From an uncultured Elusimicrobia bacterium (GTDB lineage Bacteria > Elusimicrobiota > Elusimicrobia > 2-01-FULL-59-12), in the NCBI GenBank assembly GCA_963702895.1, contig OY969767.1, positions 384,001-448,000 on the forward strand: a stretch of 64,000 nucleotides of DNA, read 5' to 3'. The notes beneath the pieces were generated by a model. It was not told the DNA's origin and did no database searches. It was given only the letters and a program-made list of their open reading frames with translations. This document shows, piece by piece, positions 50,949 through 61,381 of this stretch; within the stretch, counting starts at the first letter, position 1, and each line of letters begins with the position of its first letter. Both the position numbers and the translations under genes were made by a program.

Positions 50949-52936
50949 TGTGGGGAAAATTCAAACGGCGTATGTTGGGCGATCCTCGGAACCTCCAAGA
51001 TCCGAATATCTTCCACCAGGTGTCGCTGGTCGCTTTCCTCGCTTGGGTTGGGCTTGGAGCGGATGGGCTCTCTTCTTCAGCCTACGGTCCGGACGAGGCC
51101 TTTCGTGCCCTGGGAAGCCATACCCATCTGGCGCTCTTCCTGGTGCTCATGATCGTTTTGACCATTACCGTCATCTCGATCGCCTACTCCAATCTGATCG
51201 AGCACTTTCCCGGAGGGGGCGGTGGGTATCTCGTGGCCACGAAACTTTTGGGCGAAAAGGCCGGGGTTGTTTCCGGATGCGCGCTCCTCGTGGATTACGT
51301 CTTGACCATCTCGGTATCGGTAGCATCAGCCAGCGATGCGCTTTGGTCGTTTCTGCCGGGAGCTGCGGCTCCGTTTAAGCTCTGGGCGGCCATGGGAATG
51401 CTGGTTCTTCTTTTGGTGTTGAACCTGCGCGGCGTCAAAGAGTCGGTTCTCGTGCTTGCGCCGATCTTTCTGGTCTTTATCGGAACGCACGTCTTCATGA
51501 TTATCTACGCCATCGGGAGCCGGTTTATGGAACTGCCCGGCGTTTTTACCGGAGCGGCGACCGAGTTCCGAGCCTCCGTGTCGTCGCTGGGTTTTATTCC
51601 GGTTCTCATGATCCTACTGCGGGCCTACTCCATGGGAGGCGGAACCTATACGGGCATTGAAGCCGTATCCAATGGGATCACCATGTTTCGCGAACCGCGT
51701 GTCCGGACAGGGAAGAGGACGATGTTCCTGATGGCGGCATCGCTCGCCTTCACGGCGGGTGGCATCATGTTCGGATACCTTCTGACCGGTGCCCAGCCGG
51801 AGGTTGGAAAGACGATGAATGCCGTGCTTCTCGAGAACCTCTTTGGCGCGTGGAAACTCGGCCCTTGGTCAGCGGGGACGACCCTCATCGTCACGGCGCT
51901 CATTTCGGAAGCCGCGCTCCTCGTGGTCGCCGCCCAGGCGGGGTTCCTCGATGGCCCTCGCGTGTTGGGAAACATGGCCGTGGATTCCTGGATGCCGCGC
52001 CGCTTTTCCCAACTTTCCGACCGTCTCGTGACGCAGAACGGGGTCATCCTCATGGGCTTAGCGGCTTTGGGGACCCTCCTCTACACGCGTGGGAACATCA
52101 CCACCTTGGTCGTGATGTATTCGATCAATGTGTTCTTGACCTTCACGCTGACAGAGTTGGGGATGTCGCGGCACTGGATCCTCAACCGACGCACGGAACC
52201 GCGCTGGAGAAGCCAGTTGGCGATCCATGGCACGGGGCTCCTCATGTGCGTCTGTATTCTGGTCGTCACGCTCTATGAAAAATTCGGACAGGGAGGCTGG
52301 GTAACGGCCTGTATCACCCTCTCGACCATCGCCCTTTGCTTCCTGATCCGCAGGCATTACCGGCAGGTCCACACTCGGATGCAACGATTGGATGATATCC
52401 TTCACGCCACCTCCATGGAAGAGAGACCCTTTGTGCCCGATGCCTTAGACCGAAAGGCACCGACGGCCGTTTTGGCTGTGGCCGGCTATACCGGCTTTGG
52501 GATTCACCAGCTCCTGTCCATCCAACGGCTTTTGCCGGCTTACTTTAAAAACTTCATCTTTGTGTCGGTCGGCGTGCTGGATTCAGGAAACTTTAAAGGG
52601 AAAGATGAAATTGGCAGCCTCGAAGCCAAGGTGCGGCGTGACCTGGAAAAGTACGCGACTTGGTGCCAGAGACAAGGGCTTCTCGCGGATTACCGAATGG
52701 CCATCGATACGGACGTGCCGGGGACCATGGAAAAGCTATGTTGTCAACTGTCCAAGGAATTTCCGCGGATGATCGTCTTTACTGGCAAGCTCTTATTCGA
52801 GCGGGAACAATGGTTCCAACGTTTGCTCCATAATGAAACCGCTTCGGCGATCCAAAGGCGTCTGCAATTCAACGGCCTACAGACCATCATCCTGCCCATT
52901 CGGGTCCTGGAGGCTTCATCGATGGAGAACGTATGA
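50948..52936 (+). CDS. kimA: KimA/YdaO-like APC-family potassium transporter
   Basis: ADGLSSSAYG, GGGGY, LLVDYVLT, NLRGVKES, TGIEAVSNG; about 12 TM plus cytoplasmic domain; riboswitch context. Confidence 0.82.
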   Translation: MWGKFKRRMLGDPRNLQDPNIFHQVSLVAFLAWVGLGADGLSSSAYGPDEAFRALGSHTHLALFLVLMIVLTITVISIAYSNLIEHFPGGGGGYLVATKLLGEKAGVVSGCALLVDYVLTISVSVASASDALWSFLPGAAAPFKLWAAMGMLVLLLVLNLRGVKESVLVLAPIFLVFIGTHVFMIIYAIGSRFMELPGVFTGAATEFRASVSSLGFIPVLMILLRAYSMGGGTYTGIEAVSNGITMFREPRVRTGKRTMFLMAASLAFTAGGIMFGYLLTGAQPEVGKTMNAVLLENLFGAWKLGPWSAGTTLIVTALISEAALLVVAAQAGFLDGPRVLGNMAVDSWMPRRFSQLSDRLVTQNGVILMGLAALGTLLYTRGNITTLVVMYSINVFLTFTLTELGMSRHWILNRRTEPRWRSQLAIHGTGLLMCVCILVVTLYEKFGQGGWVTACITLSTIALCFLIRRHYRQVHTRMQRLDDILHATSMEERPFVPDALDRKAPTAVLAVAGYTGFGIHQLLSIQRLLPAYFKNFIFVSVGVLDSGNFKGKDEIGSLEAKVRRDLEKYATWCQRQGLLADYRMAIDTDVPGTMEKLCCQLSKEFPRMIVFTGKLLFEREQWFQRLLHNETASAIQRRLQFNGLQTIILPIRVLEASSMENV

Positions 52937-52981
52937 GGCGAAGCGGAATGGGTTGGGTCATCCCTTGCCGTCTTTGAGACC

Positions 52982-53362
52982 TCAGGCGAGTTCCTTCATA
53001 ATCGCCATGAGCTCGCGCTCCACCTCTTCGGCGACGGACAAGAGCCCTACCACCGGGAACAAGGACAAGAGGGCCGTCGGCTTGATGGTGGCGATCTTGG
53101 TTTTGCCACCTTCTTCATAAACCGACACCCGGCAAGGGAGTGCTGTCGAGATCACCATGTTCCCTTCCAAGACCTTTTTCGCCTGCTGGGGGTTGCACAC
53201 CTCAAAAACCAGGCAGTCTCGGTCAAAAGGGACACCCTTGTCATTCATCTTCTGCCGCAGATTGTGGACGCCGAGCACGCCGAACTGATGCCGGGTCGCC
53301 ACGTCCGAAAACACTTGAGCCACCTCTTGAACTGATTTTTTAGACTCGATGACGTGTAACAC
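52982..53362 (-). CDS. DUF302 protein
   Basis: FGVL, EVCNPQQA, LPCRVSVY. Confidence 0.88.
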   Translation of the reverse strand: MLHVIESKKSVQEVAQVFSDVATRHQFGVLGVHNLRQKMNDKGVPFDRDCLVFEVCNPQQAKKVLEGNMVISTALPCRVSVYEEGGKTKIATIKPTALLSLFPVVGLLSVAEEVERELMAIMKELA

Positions 53363-53479
53363 GAAGGATCTCCTCTCCTCACTCCTTTGTTCTGCCTGGC
53401 ATGTTCATGACCCTGTCCGAATAGCAACCAGCGACTTGGCTTGGCATCCGCCTGCTTCCGCTGACGGGGGCGGGCGGGG

Positions 53480-53836
53480 TCAGCGCGTCAGGAGCATTTT
53501 GAGCGAGAGGAGCAGCATCACCGCGCCGAAGAGGCGTGTGAGCCACAGGCGAGGAATTTCAATCGCCCAGTGCGCGCCGATGTAGCCTCCCAACAGAAAC
53601 CCAAGCGCAAGCAGCGCGGCGGCCTTCACATCGACGAACCCCGCGCGCCAATAAAGCAGGGCCGCAAGAAGCCCGATCGGCGGGAGGAGCATCGCGAGCG
53701 TCGTCCCTTGCGCTTGATGCTGCGAAAAATGGAAGAGGTAAACGAGCGCCGGGATCACGATGATCCCGCCGCCGATCCCGATCAAGCCGCTCAAGATGCC
53801 GGCCGCCAACCCCACGGCGATGAGCCCCACGATCAT
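53480..53836 (-). CDS. Half-size TauE/SafE (TSUP) transporter
   Basis: SGLIGIGGGIIVIP, AQGTTL; four TM helices. Confidence 0.88.
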   Translation of the reverse strand: MIVGLIAVGLAAGILSGLIGIGGGIIVIPALVYLFHFSQHQAQGTTLAMLLPPIGLLAALLYWRAGFVDVKAAALLALGFLLGGYIGAHWAIEIPRLWLTRLFGAVMLLLSLKMLLTR

Positions 53837-53988
53837 CTTCCTATATTACTTTAGGCGAACGTTCATGACAACCTCCCTGTCAGCGCATCGCGAGCAGAGC
53901 ACAGCGAACAACCTTCAGCTTTTCGCTTTCCGCTGTTCGCTGCATGGCAGCCGAAACATCCCAGAGCTGTATCATGTATAGTTTTCCC

Positions 53989-55086
53989 ATGCAGATTGCG
54001 GCCAGTGATTCGGTCGTTTCCTTCATTTCCGGACCAAAAGAGATCTATTTTTATGACCGGGCGGGGCGGCTCTTTGCTGCCTGGCATGAGGATTGGTTTG
54101 TCCGGTTTGGGTTGGGGGGGAAGGTCGTCGCGGTGCGCTGGGAGCATCGCGAACGCGAGGTCAAGACGCTTGCGCCTGGCGATGCCCAGGCTCTGAGGCG
54201 TCAGGCTCAGCTGCAGCTTCAACATGCTCTTGCGCGCGCGCTGGCGCCCGACGTGAAGCGAACGTTCCTGCGCGCGCAGGCGTTTGACTTAGACGCTGAT
54301 TTCGCCCGGCATCTGGCGGTCTATAAGCCTGTCGGAATCCTGCCGCCGGACCAGTACAATGCCTGCGTTCTTCAAGTCACGGAAGGGTGCGCTTGGAATG
54401 CCTGCCATTTCTGCTCCTTTTATGCGCATCACCCTTTTCGCCTCAGGGACCTCCCGAAAATCAAGTCCCATATCCACCAAATCGCCGATTATTTTGGCGA
54501 TGGCCTGTCCCTGCGCAGTTCCATCTTTTTGGGTGACGCGAACGCCTTGACGGCGCCCGTCGAACTGCTCTTGCAGACCATCAGGATCGCCCGCGAGATT
54601 CTTGTAGCCCGCATGCCCCATTTTCGTGGTTATTACTCCTTCATCGAGCCCCATAAGAGCCAATGCCGAACCAAGGGGGATTTCGAGCGGCTTGCCAAAG
54701 TGGGTTTGCGGCGGATTTATTACGGGCTGGAAACCGGAAACTCTGAGCTGCGGAAGCTCTTGGGCAAACCGGGGGATTTAGAGGAGGTCACAGCGTCCCT
54801 TCATCGAGCGAAGGAAGCTGGACTCCAAGTCGCGCTCATTCTACTCGCCGGAGCGGGTGGTCGCCTGTGGGGGGAGAAACATCTTCAGGATTCGATCGGC
54901 TATCTCCAACGCCTGCCGATCGACACTCAGGACATCGTATTTGTGTCACCGCTCTGCGGACCGGACGGTACGGACGGTCCATCTTGCTCTTCGGCTGAGA
55001 AGAATGACCAAATCACTCACTTCCGCCGTGTCCTCAAAGGGAAAGTGCGCGTCGCCGCCTACGACATCCGTGAATTCGTGTATTAG
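53989..55086 (+). CDS. Radical SAM protein
   Basis: LQVTEGCAWNACHFC, FLGDANAL, GLETG. Confidence 0.85.
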   Translation: MQIAASDSVVSFISGPKEIYFYDRAGRLFAAWHEDWFVRFGLGGKVVAVRWEHREREVKTLAPGDAQALRRQAQLQLQHALARALAPDVKRTFLRAQAFDLDADFARHLAVYKPVGILPPDQYNACVLQVTEGCAWNACHFCSFYAHHPFRLRDLPKIKSHIHQIADYFGDGLSLRSSIFLGDANALTAPVELLLQTIRIAREILVARMPHFRGYYSFIEPHKSQCRTKGDFERLAKVGLRRIYYGLETGNSELRKLLGKPGDLEEVTASLHRAKEAGLQVALILLAGAGGRLWGEKHLQDSIGYLQRLPIDTQDIVFVSPLCGPDGTDGPSCSSAEKNDQITHFRRVLKGKVRVAAYDIREFVY

Positions 55087-55296
55087 CCGGAATTCCCCAG
55101 TTCGTCACCCCGGCGGATTGTTAGCCGGGGTCTATCATCGACGTAAGAGCATTGATGGATCCCGGGTCTCCACAAGACCGGCGACCCGGCCCGCCGGAAG
55201 TTTGGAGGGCCGGCTTACGACATGCCGGGATGACGGCACAAAAAAGTTCACCTCTGGCAGACGATAGATCGAGTGTGACTGAAGATTTCCGGTTAG
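55083..55296. mobile_element. REP-carrying MITE with TTAG duplication
   Basis: TTAG-CCGGAATT...AGATTTCCGG-TTAG; the left TTAG contains the radical SAM stop codon. Confidence 0.82.
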
Positions 55297-55351
55297 CCGC
55301 AGCCCCTCAGCAAGGTTCATCGCACAGCCCGGCACGAAAGGCTTCTTACTC

Positions 55352-55879
55352 TTAATCGCAGCTCATCCCCGCCTTGATCCAGGCCCGGACCTGTTCCTTC
55401 CACGACTGGAAGCCGCCTTTCACTAAACCTTCATCTCGTTGTCCGCCCGGCAGCAACCCGCTGTTGGCCGTAGCACCTTCGATTCCCCAGAGCACCCGCG
55501 GATCTTTCAAGAGGTGCTCTTCCATTTCTCTGGCGATGAGCGCTTTGCTCTTGAACTCCGCCTGGATGGCCGCTTTCATCGTTTCGCACGTCTCTTTGGC
55601 GCTCATGCCCGAAGTGTAGAGGCCAGGCCTGGCGAACCACTCTTCCGGATGCTCAAAACCCGTGACCGCCTGCCGATGGCAAAGCACGCACGAGTCTGGT
55701 TTTCGGCCTTTGTGGCTGCCAAAGTCCAAACCCTTCAGCTTCTCAACAAAATAATCATGGCAGCTGGTGCAGGCTTTGGCCTGGAATTTCGCGTGCAAAT
55801 GGGTGCTGAACTTCGTATCGTCCGCAAGCGCCATCACGCCCCATGGCAGTAGCGTGAAAAGCATAAGGCAGCGTTTCAT
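55352..55879 (-). CDS. Exported diheme c-type cytochrome
   Basis: Signal peptide; CTSCH and CVLCH; DPRVLWG and WIKAGMSC tail. Confidence 0.8.
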   Translation of the reverse strand: MKRCLMLFTLLPWGVMALADDTKFSTHLHAKFQAKACTSCHDYFVEKLKGLDFGSHKGRKPDSCVLCHRQAVTGFEHPEEWFARPGLYTSGMSAKETCETMKAAIQAEFKSKALIAREMEEHLLKDPRVLWGIEGATANSGLLPGGQRDEGLVKGGFQSWKEQVRAWIKAGMSCD

Positions 55880-56093
55880 TCCATCCTCCTGTGAAGAATA
55901 ATCCCGTTCTAAAAGAGAGCGCCAGGGGGCCGGCGCCGCTTCCAGCCTGGATTTTACATTTTGGCCGGATGGCCCCGTGCAGCCGAGATGGCTTCTCCGT
56001 GAGGCGCTCCGCCGCGCTTTCGTGGCAGCTCCTGGGAAAATGTGAGCCAGAATTGAGCGGTATTTCAGCCGATCTTCAGGCAGAATAAGAATA

Positions 56094-56295
56094 CTAGACG
56101 GGAATCTGCAGTTGTCGTCATCCCGGTGAAAACCGGGATCCAGTCCATCGTCGTTGAACTGGACCCCGGGTCTCCACAAGTCCGGCGACCCGGCCCGCCG
56201 GGCGTCTGGAGGGCCGGCTTTCGCCGGGGTGACGGCACAAAAAAGTGCATCGAGTTCAGACGATGAGGCAAAATGAACCGAAGATTTCCGGTTAG
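56094..56295 (-). mobile_element. REP-carrying MITE (inverted copy of 40501-40702)
   Basis: Near-identical over about 200 bp; flanks CTAG/TTAG. Confidence 0.85.
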
Positions 56296-56298
56296 GAC

Positions 56299-56703
56299 AT
56301 GCTCGTCATGGATCTTTTGCGCCCTTATCGTGTGTTGGTGGTGGAGGACGAACCCTTTGTACAGGAGTTCGTCGCTTCGGTCCTGCGCCAAAGGGGGTTT
56401 ATCGTCATGCAGGCCTTCGATGGGGATCAGGGCTGGGCGATGTTTAAGACGCACCAGCCCGATGCGGTGATCAGCGACATCTACATGCCGGGAATCGACG
56501 GCTACCGGCTCTGCCGTAACATCCGCGAGAAGGGCGATGCCACACCGGTGCTGTTTCTGACCAACCAATCGGAACTCTCCTCCCGCAATGCTGCTATCGA
56601 GGCTGGCGCGGATGATTTCTTGACCAAACCCGTGGACCCCTTCGATCTCGAAGGACGGCTCTGGGTCGCCCTGCGCCGGAGAACCCCGGTCACCAAGAAG
56701 TAA
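56299..56703 (+). CDS. Single-domain response regulator
   Basis: VLVVEDE, DIYMPGIDG, FLT, KP. Confidence 0.9.
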   Translation: MLVMDLLRPYRVLVVEDEPFVQEFVASVLRQRGFIVMQAFDGDQGWAMFKTHQPDAVISDIYMPGIDGYRLCRNIREKGDATPVLFLTNQSELSSRNAAIEAGADDFLTKPVDPFDLEGRLWVALRRRTPVTKK

Positions 56704-56723
56704 CGGCCAGAGGTGCCTGCCCC

Positions 56724-59372
56724 TTGACAGACCTGCCGGCAGAACGCAAACTTCCTCCAGTCATGAACGCGCGCTGGAAGCGGAATCTGCAGCTCGTAAG
56801 CTTGCTGGGGGCCTTCACGGTTTTCACCGTGACCAGCTACTACGCCTATCGCAGCAACTACAACGTGATCGCCGTGAACCGCGGTCTCCTGGCCACCAAC
56901 CGTATCATCGATAACCTCCAGGACCTCCTGTCCCTCTTGCGCCATATGGAATCGGCGGCGAGAGGCTTCGCCTTGACTGGCCGGCCACAACAGCGGGCGG
57001 TCTACGAGAAGGACCTCCCCGAGATCGAGCGTCTCCTCCAATCCCTTCAGAACCAGCCCATGCCAAGTGCCAGGGCGCGCCAACACCTGGAGACCCTCCT
57101 TAAGCGGGCGAGTGAAAAACTGGTCTGGGCGCGCGAGGAAGTTGACGTTCGTCAAAAAAGCGGGATGGCTGCTGTTCAAGGCCTCCATCGGGAGCGGCGT
57201 GGCGAAGACCCGATGGCTGAGCTGGACTCTGCTTTCAAAGAGCTCCGGGAAGAAACCGGATCGCTTTTCGAGCAGCAGCTTCAGAATGAGGAAGCCAGCT
57301 GGCAAGACTCTAAGTTTTGGTTCGTCATACGGACCGTCGTGGTGATCGTCCTTCTCTTGCTGGTCTATTTGTTCTTGTACTGGGAGATCCATGAGCGGAA
57401 ACGAACGGAAAAGGATTTGCGGCGCGCCCAGTCCCAGCTGGGAGCTGAAAAACAGGCCTTGGACCAATACGCGATCGTAGCCGAAACCGACGCCGAGGGG
57501 CGTCTGACCTATGTCAATGATATGTTGACCCGCATTTCCCAATACAGCCGCGAAGAACTTCTGGGCCAAAATGCGCGGATATTGAATTCTGGATATTACC
57601 CGAATTCTTTTTGGGAAGTTTTGTGGAAAACGATTTCATCCGGGCGCAACTGGCATGGAGAGCTGCGCAACAAAGCCAAGGATGGGTCCTACTACTGGGT
57701 TCACAGTATTGTGGTCCCGTTCCCGGGTCCGGACGGGAAGCCGGAGAGATATCTTTCGATCCAGGTCCCCATCACCGAGCTCAAAGAGGCGGAAAAAGAA
57801 CTGAAGGCGGCCACGGAGGCGGCGGAAGCGGCGGGACGGGCCAAGGCCGATTTTCTGGCGAACATGAGCCATGAGATCCGCACGCCGATGAACGCGGTGA
57901 TCGGTATGGTCCAGCTCTTGCGCGGGACCGAGCTCACCCCGAAGCAGAAGGAATTCGCGGACATCGCCTGTCAGGCCGGGGATTCGCTCGTGGGCCTCAT
58001 CAACGATATTCTGGATTTCTCCAAGATCGAAGCCGGCAAGCTCAAGATTGAATCCATGGAGTTTGACCCGCGGGCGACGGTCCATTCGGTCATCGAAATG
58101 CTCAGCGGACAGGCCCATGCCAAGGACCTGCTCATTTCCGCCGAAATCTCACACGACGTGCCGGAGCGACTCGTGGGAGATCCCTTGCGCTTGCGCCAGG
58201 TGCTCATCAATCTCGTGAGTAATGCCATCAAATTTTCCGACAAGGGAGGTGTCCGGGTCACGGTCACGCGGCCCGACGAAACCGCTTCCCAGGCCCGCCT
58301 CCAGTTTGAGATTCAGGACACCGGCATTGGCATGAACCCTGAAACGCAAGCGAAGCTCTTTCAGGCCTTCAGCCAGGGCGACACCTCCGTCACGCGCAAG
58401 TACGGCGGGACCGGTTTGGGACTGGCCATCAGCCGCCAACTGGTCGGGCTGATGGGGGGAAAGATTGGAGTGCGCAGTCAACCGGGGCAGGGGTCGACCT
58501 TCTGGTTTGCGGTGGACTTTCCGAAACCGGCGGTCCGGCCCGAGGGCCCTCTGGTACCCGGCGGCGCCGCGCGCGAAATGTTGTCATGCTCTTTGAACGC
58601 TCAAGATCTCAGTCTACTTGTGGTGGAAGATAACCGGTTCAACCAAGTGCTGATGCAGAATCTCTTGGCGAACTTGGGGTACCGCGCGGACGTGGTTTCG
58701 ACCGGCCAGAAGGCCTTAGCGGCCCTGGGTGATCCGACCCAGCACTACGACGCTGTCTTGATGGATTGTCAAATGCCCGAGATGGATGGTTACCAGGCCG
58801 CGGCGGCGATCAGGGCCTTGGGCGGCACCGTGGCTAAGATTCCGATCATCGCGCTCACGGCCCACGCGCTTGAAGGCGACCGGGAAGAGTGCCTCGCGGC
58901 GGGAATGAATGACTACCTCGCCAAGCCTATCGATCCCCAGCGCCTGCGGGAGGTCCTTTCCCGCTGGGTCCGCGGCTTCGGCGAGCGGGAGGGCGCCAAG
59001 GCCGAAGCCCCGGCCCCACCCAAGGGCAAGGATCCGGTCGACATGTCCATCTTGCTGACTACGACGGAAGGGAATCAAGCGGGGCTTGTTCATCTGATCA
59101 CTCTCTACTTGGCCCAAAGCCGCGAAAGTATGACCAAGCTTGAGCAAGCAATCGAGGGTGGCGTGCCAGAAGAGATCCGCCGGGCGGCCCATGGCCTGAA
59201 TGGCTCAAGCGCCTGCTTCGGCGCGACCCGGATCATCCAGCCTCTGCAGGAGATTGAACAGATGGCCAAGAAGGGTCAAATCGAACCCCGGGTGAAGACT
59301 CTGCTCGCGCAGGCCCAGGAAGATTTCCGTCAGATTGAAGCGTTTGTGGAGCACTACCTTCATCCCCGTTAG
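56724..59372 (+). CDS. Hybrid sensor kinase (CHASE3-PAS-HisKA-HATPase-REC-Hpt)
   Basis: ESAARGFALTG, FLANMSHEIRTPMN, NAIKF, GGTGLGL, MDCQMP, AHGLNGSS. Start may be ATG 56763. Confidence 0.95.
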   Translation: MTDLPAERKLPPVMNARWKRNLQLVSLLGAFTVFTVTSYYAYRSNYNVIAVNRGLLATNRIIDNLQDLLSLLRHMESAARGFALTGRPQQRAVYEKDLPEIERLLQSLQNQPMPSARARQHLETLLKRASEKLVWAREEVDVRQKSGMAAVQGLHRERRGEDPMAELDSAFKELREETGSLFEQQLQNEEASWQDSKFWFVIRTVVVIVLLLLVYLFLYWEIHERKRTEKDLRRAQSQLGAEKQALDQYAIVAETDAEGRLTYVNDMLTRISQYSREELLGQNARILNSGYYPNSFWEVLWKTISSGRNWHGELRNKAKDGSYYWVHSIVVPFPGPDGKPERYLSIQVPITELKEAEKELKAATEAAEAAGRAKADFLANMSHEIRTPMNAVIGMVQLLRGTELTPKQKEFADIACQAGDSLVGLINDILDFSKIEAGKLKIESMEFDPRATVHSVIEMLSGQAHAKDLLISAEISHDVPERLVGDPLRLRQVLINLVSNAIKFSDKGGVRVTVTRPDETASQARLQFEIQDTGIGMNPETQAKLFQAFSQGDTSVTRKYGGTGLGLAISRQLVGLMGGKIGVRSQPGQGSTFWFAVDFPKPAVRPEGPLVPGGAAREMLSCSLNAQDLSLLVVEDNRFNQVLMQNLLANLGYRADVVSTGQKALAALGDPTQHYDAVLMDCQMPEMDGYQAAAAIRALGGTVAKIPIIALTAHALEGDREECLAAGMNDYLAKPIDPQRLREVLSRWVRGFGEREGAKAEAPAPPKGKDPVDMSILLTTTEGNQAGLVHLITLYLAQSRESMTKLEQAIEGGVPEEIRRAAHGLNGSSACFGATRIIQPLQEIEQMAKKGQIEPRVKTLLAQAQEDFRQIEAFVEHYLHPR

Positions 59373-59529
59373 CGACGTCACCCCGGCGGATTGTAAGTCG
59401 GCCCTCCAGACTACCGGCGGGCCGTCCGTCCTGCCGTGTGGCGGACGGGGTCTATCATCGACGAATTTGCCATGATGGATCCCGGCTTAAGACATGCCGG
59501 GATGACGGCAATTGCAGATTCCCGGTCAA
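59369..59529. repeat. CGTC REP doublet with inserted hairpin modules and MITE right end
   Basis: CGTCACCCCGGCGGATTG...GCCGGGATGACGGCAATTGCAGATTCCCGGTCAA between two convergent stop codons. Confidence 0.8.
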
Positions 59530-61067
59530 TGAGCGACTTTCGCAAGAAGCCGGCTCGTGCGCGCTAGCAGTTCCGGCGGGGAAAACGGCTTGACCATATA
59601 ATCGTTCGCACCGAGCTCAAACCCCTTCAGGACGTCCTCGCTCTGTCCCTGCGACGTCAGCATCACCACGGGAACCTCACGGAGCGCGGCGTTCGCGCGC
59701 AGTCTCCGGAGCACCTCAAAACCATCGATATCGCGCATCAGAACATCCAGCAGGATCACGGAAAATGATTTGGCTGTTGCCGTCTCCAGGACTTTCGAGC
59801 CCTCCAGGACGTGCTCGACGTCGAACCCGCGCTGTTCCAGATATTGACGAAGCAGCGAGGCGGTGAACAAGTCGTCTTCCACCACCAGAATGCTCGGTTT
59901 GGGGCACAGGGGCTGGTTCAAGGCGCTCGCCACTTTGCTGCGCCCCGAGACTTTCCCCGCGTACAGGAGCTGGTCTGCTTCTAAGATCGCCTCTTCCAGC
60001 GTCTCGTCGCCATGGACAGCCACCAGACCCGCTGAGAAGCTGACCTGAAACGTCTCGCCGTTCGGGGCGGTGAATTGCCGCAGCCGGAATTCCTCCAACG
60101 TCTTTTCGAGCATGCGCTGGCTGTCCTGAAGGCCCGTTTGAGGAAGCAGGATCGCAAACTCGTCTCCTCCCCAGCGGGCGAGCAGGTCAGACGATCGGAG
60201 CGAACGCGAAACCACCGACGCCAAGCGGCAAAGGGCGTCATCCCCCGCGGCATGCCCATACAGGTCGTTGATGGATTTGAACCGGTCCACGTCCAAGAGT
60301 CCCAGCGTCAAGGGTTGCCCCGAACGGCCGGCGAGTTGACTGGCACGCGCGAAGGCGTTCGTGAAGGCGTTGCGGTTAGGAATTCCCGTCAAGGAGTCTA
60401 AGGAAGAGCGCCGGCTTCTTTCCGCGGACCGGTGGAGTTCGGCGGCGACCAAGGTCGAGAGCGTGACGGGGTCGAAGGGTTTCAGGATATAGTCATTGGC
60501 TCCCAGGGCAAAACATTCGGTTTTGGGCTGTTGAGCGTGCTCCGCGGAAAGGACGATGACGGGGATCTCCCTGGTGTCCTCCTGTTCCCGAAGCTCAAGG
60601 AGCAAGTCGCGCCCATCGCCATCGGGAAGGCCGAGGTCCAAGAGGACCAGTGACACCTCGCGCTCGGAGAGCGTTTGGCGAGCGGCCGCGATCGAACCGG
60701 CCATCACGATGTCCCGGGAGGGAGAAGCGAGGCGCTCTTGGACCAGGGCCTGCACAACGGCATCATCTTCCACACAGACAATGAGACGCTTTCTTTCTCG
60801 CGGGGTCCGGGCAATGGCCCGGAGAATGGGAATAAACTTTTCGAGCACCCCGCCGAGTTGCTCCTCCGGCGCTTGTTCCAGGATCCGGGACATGGCTTTC
60901 ACTTCCGGGTGTTGACTGAGCCCTTCGGTGGCGCGGAGCGACCGCGCGAGTCTTCGGACGGCGCTTGCGGCCCCCGGCTCCCTGCGGCCAAGCGCCTGGC
61001 GGGCCATCCGCAGGGCGCTCACCCGCGAGGCCAACCCGTCACGACCCCAATTCATGTAATCGATCAT
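59526..61067 (-). CDS. Diguanylate cyclase (degenerate Hpt-REC-GGDEF-REC)
   Basis: DSLTGIPNR, DVDRFKSIND, RSSD I-site, RWGGDEF; two receiver domains with Asp. Confidence 0.92.
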   Translation of the reverse strand: MIDYMNWGRDGLASRVSALRMARQALGRREPGAASAVRRLARSLRATEGLSQHPEVKAMSRILEQAPEEQLGGVLEKFIPILRAIARTPRERKRLIVCVEDDAVVQALVQERLASPSRDIVMAGSIAAARQTLSEREVSLVLLDLGLPDGDGRDLLLELREQEDTREIPVIVLSAEHAQQPKTECFALGANDYILKPFDPVTLSTLVAAELHRSAERSRRSSLDSLTGIPNRNAFTNAFARASQLAGRSGQPLTLGLLDVDRFKSINDLYGHAAGDDALCRLASVVSRSLRSSDLLARWGGDEFAILLPQTGLQDSQRMLEKTLEEFRLRQFTAPNGETFQVSFSAGLVAVHGDETLEEAILEADQLLYAGKVSGRSKVASALNQPLCPKPSILVVEDDLFTASLLRQYLEQRGFDVEHVLEGSKVLETATAKSFSVILLDVLMRDIDGFEVLRRLRANAALREVPVVMLTSQGQSEDVLKGFELGANDYMVKPFSPPELLARTSRLLAKVAH

Positions 61068-61381
61068 AGAGTTTGGAGAACCATCCCCCGAGGATCCTGG
61101 AGTAACTCCTCATGTCCGACGATCATCGCTTGGCCCACTTCGAATACCCCCATGGAACATTGGCTGTCGCTTGCAGCCTATGGAAGGTTAACGTGCCTTA
61201 ACACCTGCGGCAACTTAAATCGGCCTCAAATCGAGACAGATCATCAATATCTATTGATATTTGAATGAGTTTTGTGAGGGGCTCAGGAAGGCCATTGCCC
61301 TCCGAGAGGAAAATCAAGCCAGGAAGTACCGGACTAACCGGGAAACTGCAGTTGCCGTCACCCCGATTTCTATGACCTCGG

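Noticed and set aside
55880..56568. ORFs reading through the MITE (PVFTGMTT peptides; also near 40399, 49037, 62468)
   Set aside because: These are translations of the repeat, not genes.
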